Below, piece by piece: positions 9,083-18,859 of a DNA stretch of 46,042 nt. The DNA is from a virus (lineage: Duplodnaviria > Caudoviricetes): the IMG/VR virus record IMGVR_UViG_3300044941_000055, positions 1 to 46,042 of that record, one strand, 5' to 3'. Below the pieces are notes generated by a model that saw nothing but the letters and a program-made list of their open reading frames with translations, was not told the DNA's origin and did not search any database. How positions within the stretch are numbered: the stretch's first letter is position 1; every line of letters begins with the position of its first letter. Made by a program: the position numbers and the translations under genes.

Positions 9083-9688
9083 TTATATTTTGAAAACATC
9101 TAGGTTGTAATAAAGGCTTTTGTATAAATTTTCACCGATTCCAGTGGGAATGAGTGTGGTTTTGATTCCTTGGGTTGGTGCGAGGGCAGTAAATTCATTT
9201 TCAACGCCAATTACCCATGCTGCGGACTCTAATCCGCCATTGATTACCGGCTGCATGTTTTTTGAAACAACGTATTTTTCGACCTTTTCTATTTGCTCTC
9301 TACTTAATGATCTGGTGGGTGATGCACCGAAGGGGTAAATAGAGCAGAGATTGCCACCCTTTTTTTGTTCTGTTCTGATGAGTAGTTTTGGGATATTGGA
9401 TTCTCTAAGCAATTCTTCAACAGGATGGGTCTGCATGTCACAGAAAAGTTCTCTAGTGTAGCCATATCTTTCTTTGACATATTCACTTGCCTTGAGAGTT
9501 TTCGGTGAATCTTCCAGTAAATAGTAAGCGTCGTCTTTGCAAGCTAAATATATTTCGATGCCGGAATAAATTTTCTCAATGCTTGGTCTTATAAGTTTGA
9601 GTTGTACCAAGTATTCGTTGCAATTACCGACATACATAATGCAATAGCGATTTTTGACTTTTGCGTAAGTTGTTAAAGGAACACTCAT
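9083..9688 (-). CDS. Shortened, degenerate GT9-like protein
   Basis: IRPSIEKIYSGIEIYLAC and IYPFGASPTRSLSREQ echo GT9 segments; the GD and DT motifs are absent. Confidence 0.5.
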   Translation of the reverse strand: MSVPLTTYAKVKNRYCIMYVGNCNEYLVQLKLIRPSIEKIYSGIEIYLACKDDAYYLLEDSPKTLKASEYVKERYGYTRELFCDMQTHPVEELLRESNIPKLLIRTEQKKGGNLCSIYPFGASPTRSLSREQIEKVEKYVVSKNMQPVINGGLESAAWVIGVENEFTALAPTQGIKTTLIPTGIGENLYKSLYYNLDVFKI

Positions 9689-9887
9689 GGAAAATGATCC
9701 AGACAAAGTTAAATTGGCGAAAGAAGCAGGCCAGATTTTTTCCGATCAATTCGGCCCTGACGATATTTACAAGAGTATTTTATTCGAGGTTTTCTTAGAA
9801 GAACTCAAACTAACAAAGGACAAAAATGGCACAGAAAGAAACCAAGGTATGGATTTATCTGACGAGACGGGACAAGAGCGGAGTTAG
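9687..9887 (+). CDS. Small hypothetical protein
   Basis: AAGGA RBS before ATG; overlaps both neighbours. Confidence 0.4.
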   Translation: MENDPDKVKLAKEAGQIFSDQFGPDDIYKSILFEVFLEELKLTKDKNGTERNQGMDLSDETGQERS

Positions 9888-10200
9888 ATTTTTATCTCAA
9901 TTCCGAGGCAAAGAGGAAGTATCCCCTACACGGCTTAAAGAAGTAGCAAACTTGAATCTGCCGCCCGCAAATACTCAAAAATTGACCGAAATTGTTTATG
10001 AATCGAGATTGGAGTGGGAGCCGTGGATAGAATCTGCCGACTCCTTTGACAACATCAAGGATAAAATAAAGAAGAGAGGATATACCAACCTCCCGATTTC
10101 TTTCATCCCAGAGGTTAGGAGTAACAATATCGCTCTCACGCCAGAAGTTTATACTTCAAATCTCAATAAAACAAAGATCATGACGAGACGACAGGTTTAG
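9826..10200 (+). CDS. Hypothetical protein
   Basis: AAGGA RBS, 124 aa, convergent with the next gene. Confidence 0.7.
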   Translation: MAQKETKVWIYLTRRDKSGVRFLSQFRGKEEVSPTRLKEVANLNLPPANTQKLTEIVYESRLEWEPWIESADSFDNIKDKIKKRGYTNLPISFIPEVRSNNIALTPEVYTSNLNKTKIMTRRQV

Positions 10201-10526
10201 TCTGGTCTTTTCACGAACATACGGTGAATTAAAAATTCGCCAGATTCAACACCTATTTTGAAGTAGTGTCCATCTACTTCCTTGATAACTCCACCGTTCT
10301 CTTGGAAGTCCTTGGCTATTTCTTTAATTTCTTTAATTTCTTCTTCTTCATCATTGTTTTCCGCTTCCATGCGGTTCATGAGTTTTTTGATAGATACCTT
10401 TGACTCAACATACATGCCGACTAAATTTTTGCGGTACGGAGATTCCTCTTGTTGGCTTTCCATCCACTTCTTAAAATCAGCTAAATTAAATTGTCCAAAG
10501 TTATCTTCATAATTCCTTTTACTCAT
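10197..10526 (-). CDS. Acidic hypothetical protein
   Basis: AAGGGGG RBS before ATG at 10526. Confidence 0.75.
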   Translation of the reverse strand: MSKRNYEDNFGQFNLADFKKWMESQQEESPYRKNLVGMYVESKVSIKKLMNRMEAENNDEEEEIKEIKEIAKDFQENGGVIKEVDGHYFKIGVESGEFLIHRMFVKRPD

Positions 10527-10556
10527 ATTCAACCCCCTTAATATTCAACCCCCTTA
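10525..10556. repeat. Exact 16-bp tandem duplication
   Basis: ATATTCAACCCCCTTA x2, covering a stop codon and an RBS. Confidence 0.95.
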
Positions 10557-11405
10557 GTTGAAAAAGGACTGTATCTCGTCCTCATTTATATATGCTGCAT
10601 TTTCATATAACGGACCATCCGAATGATCTTTTACGTCTGTTTCGCTGTATTTCATAGATTTGAGCCAATATGCAGTCGCATCAATCAGCCCGTGAGCTAT
10701 GTTCTGTTGCGGATACTGCCACAGACCGTTATGTAATTTCTCTGCTCCCGGTCGTTCCTGATCGAAGCTGTCATCACAGCAAAACAGAAGAACTTTCTCT
10801 GTCCCAAAGTGGTAGCACAATTGAAGTGCTGCACAAATGGGATTGCGATAGTCGTCTATTTGATACTTTATTTTTTCATACGCTCTTCCAGTATAACCTT
10901 CTTCATTCACTGGACAATATTTATAGATGCTGCCCTTATCTTTGTAGTGAAATAAAAACTCATAGTTGGTTCTAGTTGAGGCTATACATTTGGGTAATCC
11001 CCGATTTTTTCGAGGCATAAATTTCATGCACTCATCATAGGGATTGTTTACCAAGTAATATGTCATATTTCTTTCGGGTGCCTTCCACATCTTTAGGGAT
11101 TGGTTTACTCCGATGATGGCCACATCCTTGGGAAGAATCTTTGCCAACTTCAAGTGTTTTTCTGCGAATTTGCACCCATCAGAAACAATTACCACTTTGT
11201 CGTGGTAGAAATTCTCAGTATCTATCCAAGCATATCTTCCTAATGAATTTTGTATTTCATTCTTTAGAAATACAAAATAATCATTTTTGTTATAGGTCTT
11301 GTTTATGTCAATGTAAGGAACTCCGCTTTTGGCAAAATTCCTTACCCACATATTTTCTTTCGTCAACAGGAATTCATTCCCATTGTTGTGCTTCTTAATT
11401 CTCAT
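10554..11405 (-). CDS. Divergent Maf/MptE-like (DUF115-type) glycosyltransferase-fold protein
   Basis: KVVIVSDG, IIGVN, AALQLCYHFGTEKVLLFCCD pattern; ATGA overlap with the upstream stop. Confidence 0.55.
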   Translation of the reverse strand: MRIKKHNNGNEFLLTKENMWVRNFAKSGVPYIDINKTYNKNDYFVFLKNEIQNSLGRYAWIDTENFYHDKVVIVSDGCKFAEKHLKLAKILPKDVAIIGVNQSLKMWKAPERNMTYYLVNNPYDECMKFMPRKNRGLPKCIASTRTNYEFLFHYKDKGSIYKYCPVNEEGYTGRAYEKIKYQIDDYRNPICAALQLCYHFGTEKVLLFCCDDSFDQERPGAEKLHNGLWQYPQQNIAHGLIDATAYWLKSMKYSETDVKDHSDGPLYENAAYINEDEIQSFFN

Positions 11406-12178
11406 GGTTTGTGAACCTTTGCCATGTATATTGTGCTTAAACTGACTTCTAACAAATTGGCAATTTCTTTCCAAGTTTTTCCTTCCGATTTTAATTTAAT
11501 TGCCAATTTCTTTTTGTCTTCTGTTAATTGTCCACGCAAAGGCTTATATTTCTTAGGCAAACCATGCTTGTATAATGTGACTCTATCTACACCAATAATA
11601 TCAGAAATCTCTTCCCAAGTTTTATTTTGATTTCTTAGTTCTTCAGCTTGTTTGATTTTTTCTTTAGTAAGTGTTTTATAGTGTTTTCTATTTTTGGTTT
11701 TTGTATTGTATTTTTTGTCATACCAACCAAATTCTTTAATTATTCTAAAAAGATGTGTGTGACAAATATCTAATTTGTCTTCTATGTCTTCCCAAGAAGA
11801 ACCTTCTTCTCTCATATCTTTAATCTTGTCGAGGAAGTTAGGAGTTACTTTTATTTCACATCCTTTGCCTTCATTTTTATATAAACCATGTTCTTCAAGA
11901 ATATTATAAACAGCCGCTCTACCTATTCCAATTGCTTTTGCTATTTTAGAAATTTGTTCTCCACCAAGAAACATTTCTATAATTTTTTGTTGGTTTTTAA
12001 GTCTTTTTACTATTTCTTTTCCATGTAAAGATAATGCTGCTGTACTAAAAAGTTTGGCGTCATGTACTAAAGAGTGGCAATTGTTACACAATGGCACCGT
12101 TTTATTTCCCCCTTTAGACCTTGGAATAACATGATGTTCTACATCTGCTTTTTCTCCGCATTCAAAACAAACTTTCAT
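11402..12178 (-). CDS. HNH endonuclease with about four C-terminal HTH repeats
   Basis: CFECG...HHVIPRSKGG...LCNNCHSLVH; repeated [SK][ST]W[EK][ED]I helices; AAGGAG RBS; visibly AT-rich. Confidence 0.88.
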   Translation of the reverse strand: MKVCFECGEKADVEHHVIPRSKGGNKTVPLCNNCHSLVHDAKLFSTAALSLHGKEIVKRLKNQQKIIEMFLGGEQISKIAKAIGIGRAAVYNILEEHGLYKNEGKGCEIKVTPNFLDKIKDMREEGSSWEDIEDKLDICHTHLFRIIKEFGWYDKKYNTKTKNRKHYKTLTKEKIKQAEELRNQNKTWEEISDIIGVDRVTLYKHGLPKKYKPLRGQLTEDKKKLAIKLKSEGKTWKEIANLLEVSLSTIYMAKVHKP

Positions 12179-12205
12179 AAAATATCTCCTTTCAAAAGAT
12201 ACTTT

Positions 12206-12233
12206 ATTATAGTGCAATGTGTAGAAATTTCAA
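12206..12233 (-). promoter_or_regulatory. Sigma70-like promoter of the HNH gene
   Basis: TTGAAA-N16-TATAAT. Confidence 0.6.
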
Positions 12234-12235
12234 AT

Positions 12236-15200
12236 TTAATTTGTACACGGCACAATAGCTACACATTGTAGTTTCTCGCCCTCTCCCGTTAAACGATTAA
12301 CATCCAATTGGATTTTTACGTCAATAGGTGCGCCTTTATAAACCAATTCCACTTCTGGCTTGTCAGGCATAACAAGTTTAATTTCAGATGGAATTTCTCC
12401 AACCAAGCTAATGTGTTTGGGGATTCCCACAACCTGAATCTTGTCGGGTATTTCCGATGCATCCAATTTGATGGACTTCGGGAAGTCCGGGGTCACTTCC
12501 AACATGATGGATCGTGGGATACTCGAAGCGTCAATCGGAATAGACTTTGGCAAATTCTCAGCAATCAGCTTGATTTCCGTTGGGACGTTCTCATTGATTA
12601 CCTTAATTTGCTTAGGTATAGCTGCCGCATCAATGCTTATTGACTTAGGCATATTTACAGGTTCTATCCGTACAAGAGTTGGAATATCGTGAATGACACG
12701 AATATCTGGCATATCAGGTGCCAACACCTTGATAATAGAAGGTATTCCTATATCTCCCATACTTACCTCAAGATTTGGGTCGTTATAATCGACTGCTCCA
12801 AATCTTGAAGCGAACGGTGTAGTGCCGGGACACGATACCGAAACCGTACAGCTACACGAAGGTGGTGTGCCCCAATTGACCGTTACTTGTGGTGGCGAAC
12901 CGAAGTTTACAGTCGGGAATGCTGGTGCTGGACCAAATGTAATCTGTGGTATTGTCGGGGCCGGTCCAAACGTAATCTGTGGTATGGTCGGTGCCGGTCC
13001 AAATGTAATCTGTGGTATGGTCGGTGCCGGTCCAAATGTAACTTGCGGTATGGTCGGTGCCGGTCCAAACCCAATGTTCGGAATCGTTGGTGCTGGTCCA
13101 AACGTAACCTGTGGTATCGTCGGGGCCGGTCCAAATGTAATGTTCGGAATCGTTGGTGCTGGTCCAAACGTAACCTGTGGTATCGTCGGGGCCGGTCCAA
13201 AGTTAATCGTAGTACACAAATTAGGTGCAGGACCGAAGTTAATTGTTGTTGGAAACGTCGGGGCCGGTCCAAATGCAATGTTCGGAATCGTCGGAGCAGG
13301 ACCAAATGTAATGTTTGGTATAGTCGGTGCAGGACCAAACGTAATATTTGGTATAGTCGGAGCAGGACCAAACGTAATACTCGTCGGAATGGTCGGTGCC
13401 GGACCAAATGTAATACTTGTCGGAATGGTCGGTGCCGGACCAAATGCAATACTTGTCGGAATGGTCGGTGCCGGACCAAATGTAATATTTGGTATCGTTG
13501 GAGCAGGACCAAACGTAATACTTGTCGGAATAGTCGGTGCTGGACCAAACGTAATATTTGGTATCGTTGGAGCAGGACCAAACGTAATGCTCGTCGGAAT
13601 AGTCGGTGCTGGACCAAACGTAATATTTGGTATCGTTGGAGCAGGACCAAACGTAATGCTCGTCGGAATAGTCGGTGCTGGACCAAACGTAATGCTCGTC
13701 GGAATAGTCGGTGCTGGACCAAAGTTAATTGTTGTTGGTATCGTCGGAGCAGGACCGAAACTAATGTTCGGAATGGTCGGTGCAGGACCAAAGTTAATCG
13801 TTGTTGGAATGGTCGGTGCAGGACCAAAGTTAATCGTTGTTGGAATGGTCGGTGCAGGACCAAAGTTAATGTCTGGTATCGTTGGAGCCGGACCAAACGT
13901 AATGCTTGTAGGAATGGTCGGAGCCGGACCAAACGTAATGCTCGTCGGAATGGTCGGGGCCGGACCAAAGTTAATGATAGTCGGAATGGTCGGGGCCGGA
14001 CCAAATGTAATGCTCGTCGGTATCGTTGGAGCCGGACCAAACGTAATGCTCGTCGGTATCGTCGGTGCTGGACCAAACGTAATGCTCGTCGGTATCGTCG
14101 GTGCCGGACCAAATGTAATGCTCGTCGGTATCGTCGGTGCCGGACCAAATGTAATGCTCGTCGGAATGGTCGGTACTGGACCAAACGTAATGCTTGTCGG
14201 TATCGTCGGTGCTGGACCAAACGTAATGCTCGTCGGTATCGTCGGTGCTGGACCAAACGTAATGCTCGTCGGTATCGTCGGTGCCGGACCAAATGTAATG
14301 CTCGTCGGAATGGTCGGAGCGGGTCCGAAGTTAATTGTTGTCGGGAACGTCGGTACTGGACCAAACGTAATGACTGTCGGGAACGTCGGTACTGGACCAA
14401 ACGTAATCAGTGTCGGGAAACTTGGAATAGGTCCAAATTCAATCAACACAGGAAAACTTGGGAACGGTCCAAATTCAATCAATATAGGAAAACTTGGGAA
14501 TGGCCCAAAGTCAATCTGTATTGGGAAACTTGGGAATGGCCCAAAAGTAATGATCGACGGTATAACCGGCACGTCCACGAATGTGATAATAGAAGGAATA
14601 TCAATTGGTGGGTCAAAGGTTATGACCGATGGTATGTTTATGTTGCCTAGTGGACCAAGATTTATACATGGTGTTACTAGGGGCGGCGGATTTATCGTTA
14701 GTGACGGCGGCGTTATCGTCGGAATAACTACAGGAGGAAGTTCTGGCAATTCTGGGATTTTGATTTCCAGAATTTCTTCTTCCTCTTGAATTCTTGGCTC
14801 TGTCGATTCATTTCTTTCTATTGGCGTTTGCACAATGGAGCATTTCTCTGTAGTAACAGTTACTACAGGGTCTACTCTGGCGCTTGGTGCATATCTGTGC
14901 GTTCCGATGGTACTACTGGTCGTTGAACTTCCATCGCCAAAATCTAATCTAAATCCTGTGTATGGCCCGTCTATTTGAATGTCGTAGCTTACTAAAGTAC
15001 CCGCCGATGGGCTATCTTCGTCTACAGAGAAAAAGAAGGTTACGTCTGGGCATGTAAAATCGTCAAAGATAACATCCAGAGATTGTAGATTTCTAATTCT
15101 CCAATCTAATGTTTCTTGCTCGGTGGTGAAGTTCTCGCCAATGAAATTTTCAATTTTTAAGATTGCATCTACAAGTTGGTTGTGGTGTTCTGCTATAACA

Positions 15201-15526
15201 TAGCCTCTTACCTCAGAACCAACTTTGTTGTACTTTGTTTGTTTGTTGCCTAAATTTCTAACACACTTTTTGAGCTTATTGACTTTGCCATAGGCGTTCT
15301 TGCCTACTGAATCGTAGTAGAACAATTCGCCTTCGATGTTCGCAAATCCATTATCAGCCCAGATTTCAGCTTTATCTGGGGCAACTGCTTTAATTGAAAT
15401 TTCTTCGGACCAAGGCAAATTATCAGCGGTCGTGACTGTTTCTGATGTATTGTAAACCAAAAACAACGTATAGTCACTGTCATAATTTTTTGGGTATATT
15501 GGAACCGGAGGAAAATTATTTGCCAT
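12236..15526 (-). CDS. PKD-domain protein with long Pro/Thr-rich repeat shaft (putative virion fibre)
   Basis: N-terminal domain shared with the next two ORFs (AEHHN), DFGDG PKD motif, about 47 FGPAPTIP repeats. Confidence 0.85.
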   Translation of the reverse strand: MANNFPPVPIYPKNYDSDYTLFLVYNTSETVTTADNLPWSEEISIKAVAPDKAEIWADNGFANIEGELFYYDSVGKNAYGKVNKLKKCVRNLGNKQTKYNKVGSEVRGYVIAEHHNQLVDAILKIENFIGENFTTEQETLDWRIRNLQSLDVIFDDFTCPDVTFFFSVDEDSPSAGTLVSYDIQIDGPYTGFRLDFGDGSSTTSSTIGTHRYAPSARVDPVVTVTTEKCSIVQTPIERNESTEPRIQEEEEILEIKIPELPELPPVVIPTITPPSLTINPPPLVTPCINLGPLGNINIPSVITFDPPIDIPSIITFVDVPVIPSIITFGPFPSFPIQIDFGPFPSFPILIEFGPFPSFPVLIEFGPIPSFPTLITFGPVPTFPTVITFGPVPTFPTTINFGPAPTIPTSITFGPAPTIPTSITFGPAPTIPTSITFGPAPTIPTSITFGPVPTIPTSITFGPAPTIPTSITFGPAPTIPTSITFGPAPTIPTSITFGPAPTIPTSITFGPAPTIPTIINFGPAPTIPTSITFGPAPTIPTSITFGPAPTIPDINFGPAPTIPTTINFGPAPTIPTTINFGPAPTIPNISFGPAPTIPTTINFGPAPTIPTSITFGPAPTIPTSITFGPAPTIPNITFGPAPTIPTSITFGPAPTIPNITFGPAPTIPTSITFGPAPTIPNITFGPAPTIPTSIAFGPAPTIPTSITFGPAPTIPTSITFGPAPTIPNITFGPAPTIPNITFGPAPTIPNIAFGPAPTFPTTINFGPAPNLCTTINFGPAPTIPQVTFGPAPTIPNITFGPAPTIPQVTFGPAPTIPNIGFGPAPTIPQVTFGPAPTIPQITFGPAPTIPQITFGPAPTIPQITFGPAPAFPTVNFGSPPQVTVNWGTPPSCSCTVSVSCPGTTPFASRFGAVDYNDPNLEVSMGDIGIPSIIKVLAPDMPDIRVIHDIPTLVRIEPVNMPKSISIDAAAIPKQIKVINENVPTEIKLIAENLPKSIPIDASSIPRSIMLEVTPDFPKSIKLDASEIPDKIQVVGIPKHISLVGEIPSEIKLVMPDKPEVELVYKGAPIDVKIQLDVNRLTGEGEKLQCVAIVPCTN
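12905..14549 (-). repeat. Coding tandem repeat, 33/36-nt units
   Basis: About 47 units by hand count encoding FGPAPTIP(TSIT/TTIN/NIT/QIT); variation mostly synonymous. Confidence 0.95.
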
Positions 15527-15534
15527 TTAAATCC

Positions 15535-17811
15535 TTAAAATATTGTCATATTCCATTGATCGCCAACTGGCCTCGATGTAATACTAGAGAATGTAAGGTC
15601 GGTTTCATTGAATTTGATAAACGACTTTTCGCTATAATCAAAACTCAAATAAACCACCTTATCTCCATCGCTCGCTGCCAGTAAAGTTTGTGACAAATTA
15701 TCAAATCCAACTTTGGTATTGTCTTGCAATAATCTAAATGCAGTAGAGTTAATTCCGGGGCCACCTGTCTCCCAGACTGAACTTGTTGAGTTATAGGCTG
15801 AGATTGATCCCGAATTATTGAAGAAATACACACCTTTGCTAAGCGTCACTAACTGGCCTTCTTCCTTCACGGGTCCGGCCATATCTTGCAGCTTTCTAAT
15901 ATCTATAAATGGTTCTGATGTATTTCCACTGGTTTTGTAGAAGGTCTTTATTCTAAAGAAGTCCCCCACCCCCTGATTTCTTAGGAAAAAGCCTTCGCTG
16001 TCTTTCCAAGTTGAGCGGTAAACGCTCATATTCCCTTGCAGAGAGTCACCGCCACCATCATAAGTCACTTCATTTTGCTTTAATTCTGCCGCACCGTTTT
16101 TGTAGTTGCTATTTGTGAAGGTACTACTGGAAACCGTTAGCGAAGCCAAATCGAGAGTTTGTTTTTCTTGGTTTGTAGGGGAAGTATTTGGAGCCGGGTC
16201 TGGACCTTCGCCTCCAAGAATGAAATAAATATTTTCTGCATCTGCCAATCCGATCCAGTTCCAAGGTCTTGCAACCGGCGCTTGAGTGGTATAAGTGTCA
16301 GAAAACCCGTTAAATTCAGAAATCAATATTTCTTCTGTTAAATACGAATCTATGCTGTCACGTCCGCTTGCCCAATACAACAAACCAACGCCACTAATGC
16401 CTGATCCTGCTACGCCCCTCGGTGCGAATCCTACGTTGCGATGGAACTCTTTAAGTTGTTGTTCTTCGTTTGGTTCTCCCTCTAAAAACGACTGATTCAC
16501 ATTAAGCGTCATTAAGTTTGTTGATCTGGTTTTAAATGCTTCGCTAATCAATCCAAATTCTGCTGCATTTACTTGATTGGTCCCGTTATACAACCAAAGC
16601 CATAAATTGTATTTCTCAACAACGTCAATAGCGTTTTCGTAAGTAGTAATTCTGTAACTTCCGAACTTGGTGTCTACTCTGAGAATTAAGTCGTATACTC
16701 CACCAATGCTATAAGAAGCTCTCGCACTGTTTGAGTTTCCGTGAACCAAGTCATCTGCCAAAGACCATGTGTAGGCAACAATTGGGTCAATGGGACTTCC
16801 GCCACCATCAACTTCCTCGCCAGAGTATGTTCTGGTCGTGTTGGGATTTATTCCAGCGGGAATTTCCATATCCAACAAAAGTGTCGTTGGAGTTCTAATT
16901 TTGGGAGGCGTGGTATATGTTCCATCGGGATTACCGCCAAGAGGAACCCCTGCTTGGAAAAGCTGTCCGGCTCTTGGAATATAATCAATTAAAGCATTTT
17001 GTGGTGCTTCGATTCTGGCGTTGATGTATTGTGGGAAGATTACAGTATCTTCTCCAAAATCATTTCTAACTGTTAGTTTAACATCGTAATTGTTTGGGGT
17101 CGTATAGACTTTTTGTATTGTTCCGCCATCCAAATCTTGCACAATTACATCAGATTGATTGATTGGACCTTCTGTTGTGCTAATCAATACAACCGATGGC
17201 CCCGTGTTATCTCCAAAGTCCCAGATATAACTAATGACCCCCGTATTGCCATCTGTCCCTAAACGGAAGCTCAAGTCTCTGAACTCTACGGTTAGTGGGA
17301 CAAGGCCAATTGTTTTATCGGCTGCAAACCATGCTTTAGGAACCAAAACTATCTTTCTCAGGTAGTTGATTCTTTCTTCCATAGTTCCTTCTAGGGGTTT
17401 AATTCCAACTTCGCCTTTTCTCCCGGCAAATCTTTCGATAGCAAGCACAGCCTCTTTGATGTTATTGTGGTGGCTGGCCATTACATTTTGAGTTACATTC
17501 GTAATATCTTTTGGTTTTGGATTATCCGTAAAGCCGGGGAGTAATTCCAAGTTATCAAAAGACACATCAGTTCTGCTGCCGTAATAAAAAGATAATGCCC
17601 GCAACTCAGCATCGCTACATTGTTCGGTTAGCGTGATAATTCCTGTTGGTGGGAATCTGCTAATTACTTCGTTATCGCCATAAACGAATATTTTGGTGTC
17701 ACCGGGCAAATAGTCTCTTAGCAACCTTACTCTGAGGCTGTCATGCACAAGAAACAAATTGTCATCTGTGTCAATAGTCGTTGGGAAATTACTTGTTACT
17801 GGTATAGTCAT
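15535..17811 (-). CDS. PKD-domain virion structural protein
   Basis: ASHHN N-terminal domain; VPLTVEF..YIWDFGD..YDVKLTV PKD; beta-rich C-terminus. Confidence 0.8.
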   Translation of the reverse strand: MTIPVTSNFPTTIDTDDNLFLVHDSLRVRLLRDYLPGDTKIFVYGDNEVISRFPPTGIITLTEQCSDAELRALSFYYGSRTDVSFDNLELLPGFTDNPKPKDITNVTQNVMASHHNNIKEAVLAIERFAGRKGEVGIKPLEGTMEERINYLRKIVLVPKAWFAADKTIGLVPLTVEFRDLSFRLGTDGNTGVISYIWDFGDNTGPSVVLISTTEGPINQSDVIVQDLDGGTIQKVYTTPNNYDVKLTVRNDFGEDTVIFPQYINARIEAPQNALIDYIPRAGQLFQAGVPLGGNPDGTYTTPPKIRTPTTLLLDMEIPAGINPNTTRTYSGEEVDGGGSPIDPIVAYTWSLADDLVHGNSNSARASYSIGGVYDLILRVDTKFGSYRITTYENAIDVVEKYNLWLWLYNGTNQVNAAEFGLISEAFKTRSTNLMTLNVNQSFLEGEPNEEQQLKEFHRNVGFAPRGVAGSGISGVGLLYWASGRDSIDSYLTEEILISEFNGFSDTYTTQAPVARPWNWIGLADAENIYFILGGEGPDPAPNTSPTNQEKQTLDLASLTVSSSTFTNSNYKNGAAELKQNEVTYDGGGDSLQGNMSVYRSTWKDSEGFFLRNQGVGDFFRIKTFYKTSGNTSEPFIDIRKLQDMAGPVKEEGQLVTLSKGVYFFNNSGSISAYNSTSSVWETGGPGINSTAFRLLQDNTKVGFDNLSQTLLAASDGDKVVYLSFDYSEKSFIKFNETDLTFSSITSRPVGDQWNMTIF

Positions 17812-18858
17812 TTACATCACCAAAATTTCGTTTTTTAAGAATGCCCGCTTTAGATTTTGGTTTTCAAACAAAATCAAAAGAGATGGGGTATAAGTGCCGG
17901 GCTTATCATACACATAATCAACTGTGTGTATGTTTGGGTCAAACACCGGGTAACTGGTTCCATCTATTGCCTCACCATTGATTTCACCTGCCCCATCAAA
18001 AATCCAATATCTTTGAATAATGTCTCCATCCGTTTGATCTACAAAGTTAAATTTGGTCGGTTCGATACTCAAACTCTCAGCAGTCTCTCTTGAGTACCCC
18101 TGATATGGGAGAACATAGAAAAATGGCGTTTTTGATTCTTCATTTACATTGATATAGTTCTTTTTGTAAGTAATTCCTTGGGCACCAAGAGAAGTAATTA
18201 CGTTCAATTGAACGGAATAAACTCCTTCTGCTTGATATGTGTGAATCGGGCTTTTTTCTACTGACGTAGTTCCATCACCGAAGTCCCACAAATAACGCAC
18301 AAGAGGGCCGGTGCTGAAATTCTGAAACCGCACTTGAAGTGGGGGTGGACCTTCGAGCCGGTGGGCACGGAAAATAGCCTTTGGAGCCAAGAACCTTGTT
18401 TCTTGAGCTTTAAGTATGCCATTCAACGAAGTCTCTGTAGGTCTTTCTGCTTCCCCCAAATTTCTTTCTATCTGAATAACAGCATCTTTAATGGCATTGT
18501 GATGCTCTGCCATCACAGCATTTGCGACCCAACTTCCAACCGGCCACGGATTTTGACGAGAGCCAGCAAAACCCCGAATTAAATTTCGGAATATACCCGT
18601 GGTTTTCGAGTCATAATAAACCAATTCGGCAGCACCGGGCTGACCCGCTGGGGGACCAATTCTCAACAACCCTCTCGGCGGAAATCCCGAATTGTCTTCG
18701 ACAATAATGTATTTTCCATTGTACGAAAGCGTTTGTCTCAGCTTTGTTTCTGCATTGTTTCTTGCCTCATACAGTGTTTCCTTGCTATCCTTTGCTTCTG
18801 GAAATACAGATAAATCGCCACTTGTATACCCAATATCTAAAGACGAATTTCGTGCCAT
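17812..18858 (-). CDS. PKD-domain virion structural protein
   Basis: AEHHN N-terminal domain; canonical PKD PLQVRFQNFS..YLWDFGDGTTS...P.HTY...G.YSVQL; second PKD-like domain. Confidence 0.88.
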   Translation of the reverse strand: MARNSSLDIGYTSGDLSVFPEAKDSKETLYEARNNAETKLRQTLSYNGKYIIVEDNSGFPPRGLLRIGPPAGQPGAAELVYYDSKTTGIFRNLIRGFAGSRQNPWPVGSWVANAVMAEHHNAIKDAVIQIERNLGEAERPTETSLNGILKAQETRFLAPKAIFRAHRLEGPPPLQVRFQNFSTGPLVRYLWDFGDGTTSVEKSPIHTYQAEGVYSVQLNVITSLGAQGITYKKNYINVNEESKTPFFYVLPYQGYSRETAESLSIEPTKFNFVDQTDGDIIQRYWIFDGAGEINGEAIDGTSYPVFDPNIHTVDYVYDKPGTYTPSLLILFENQNLKRAFLKNEILVM

Positions 18859-18859
18859 T

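Noticed and set aside
12905-14549. CRISPR-like 33-36-nt periodicity
   Set aside because: Units are contiguous with no unique spacers and encode protein; no cas genes
12822-14789. Long alternative-frame ORFs (655, 587 and 497 aa) over the repeat
   Set aside because: Shadows of the in-frame repeat; they start and end with the array, and variation is mostly synonymous in the 12236-15526 frame
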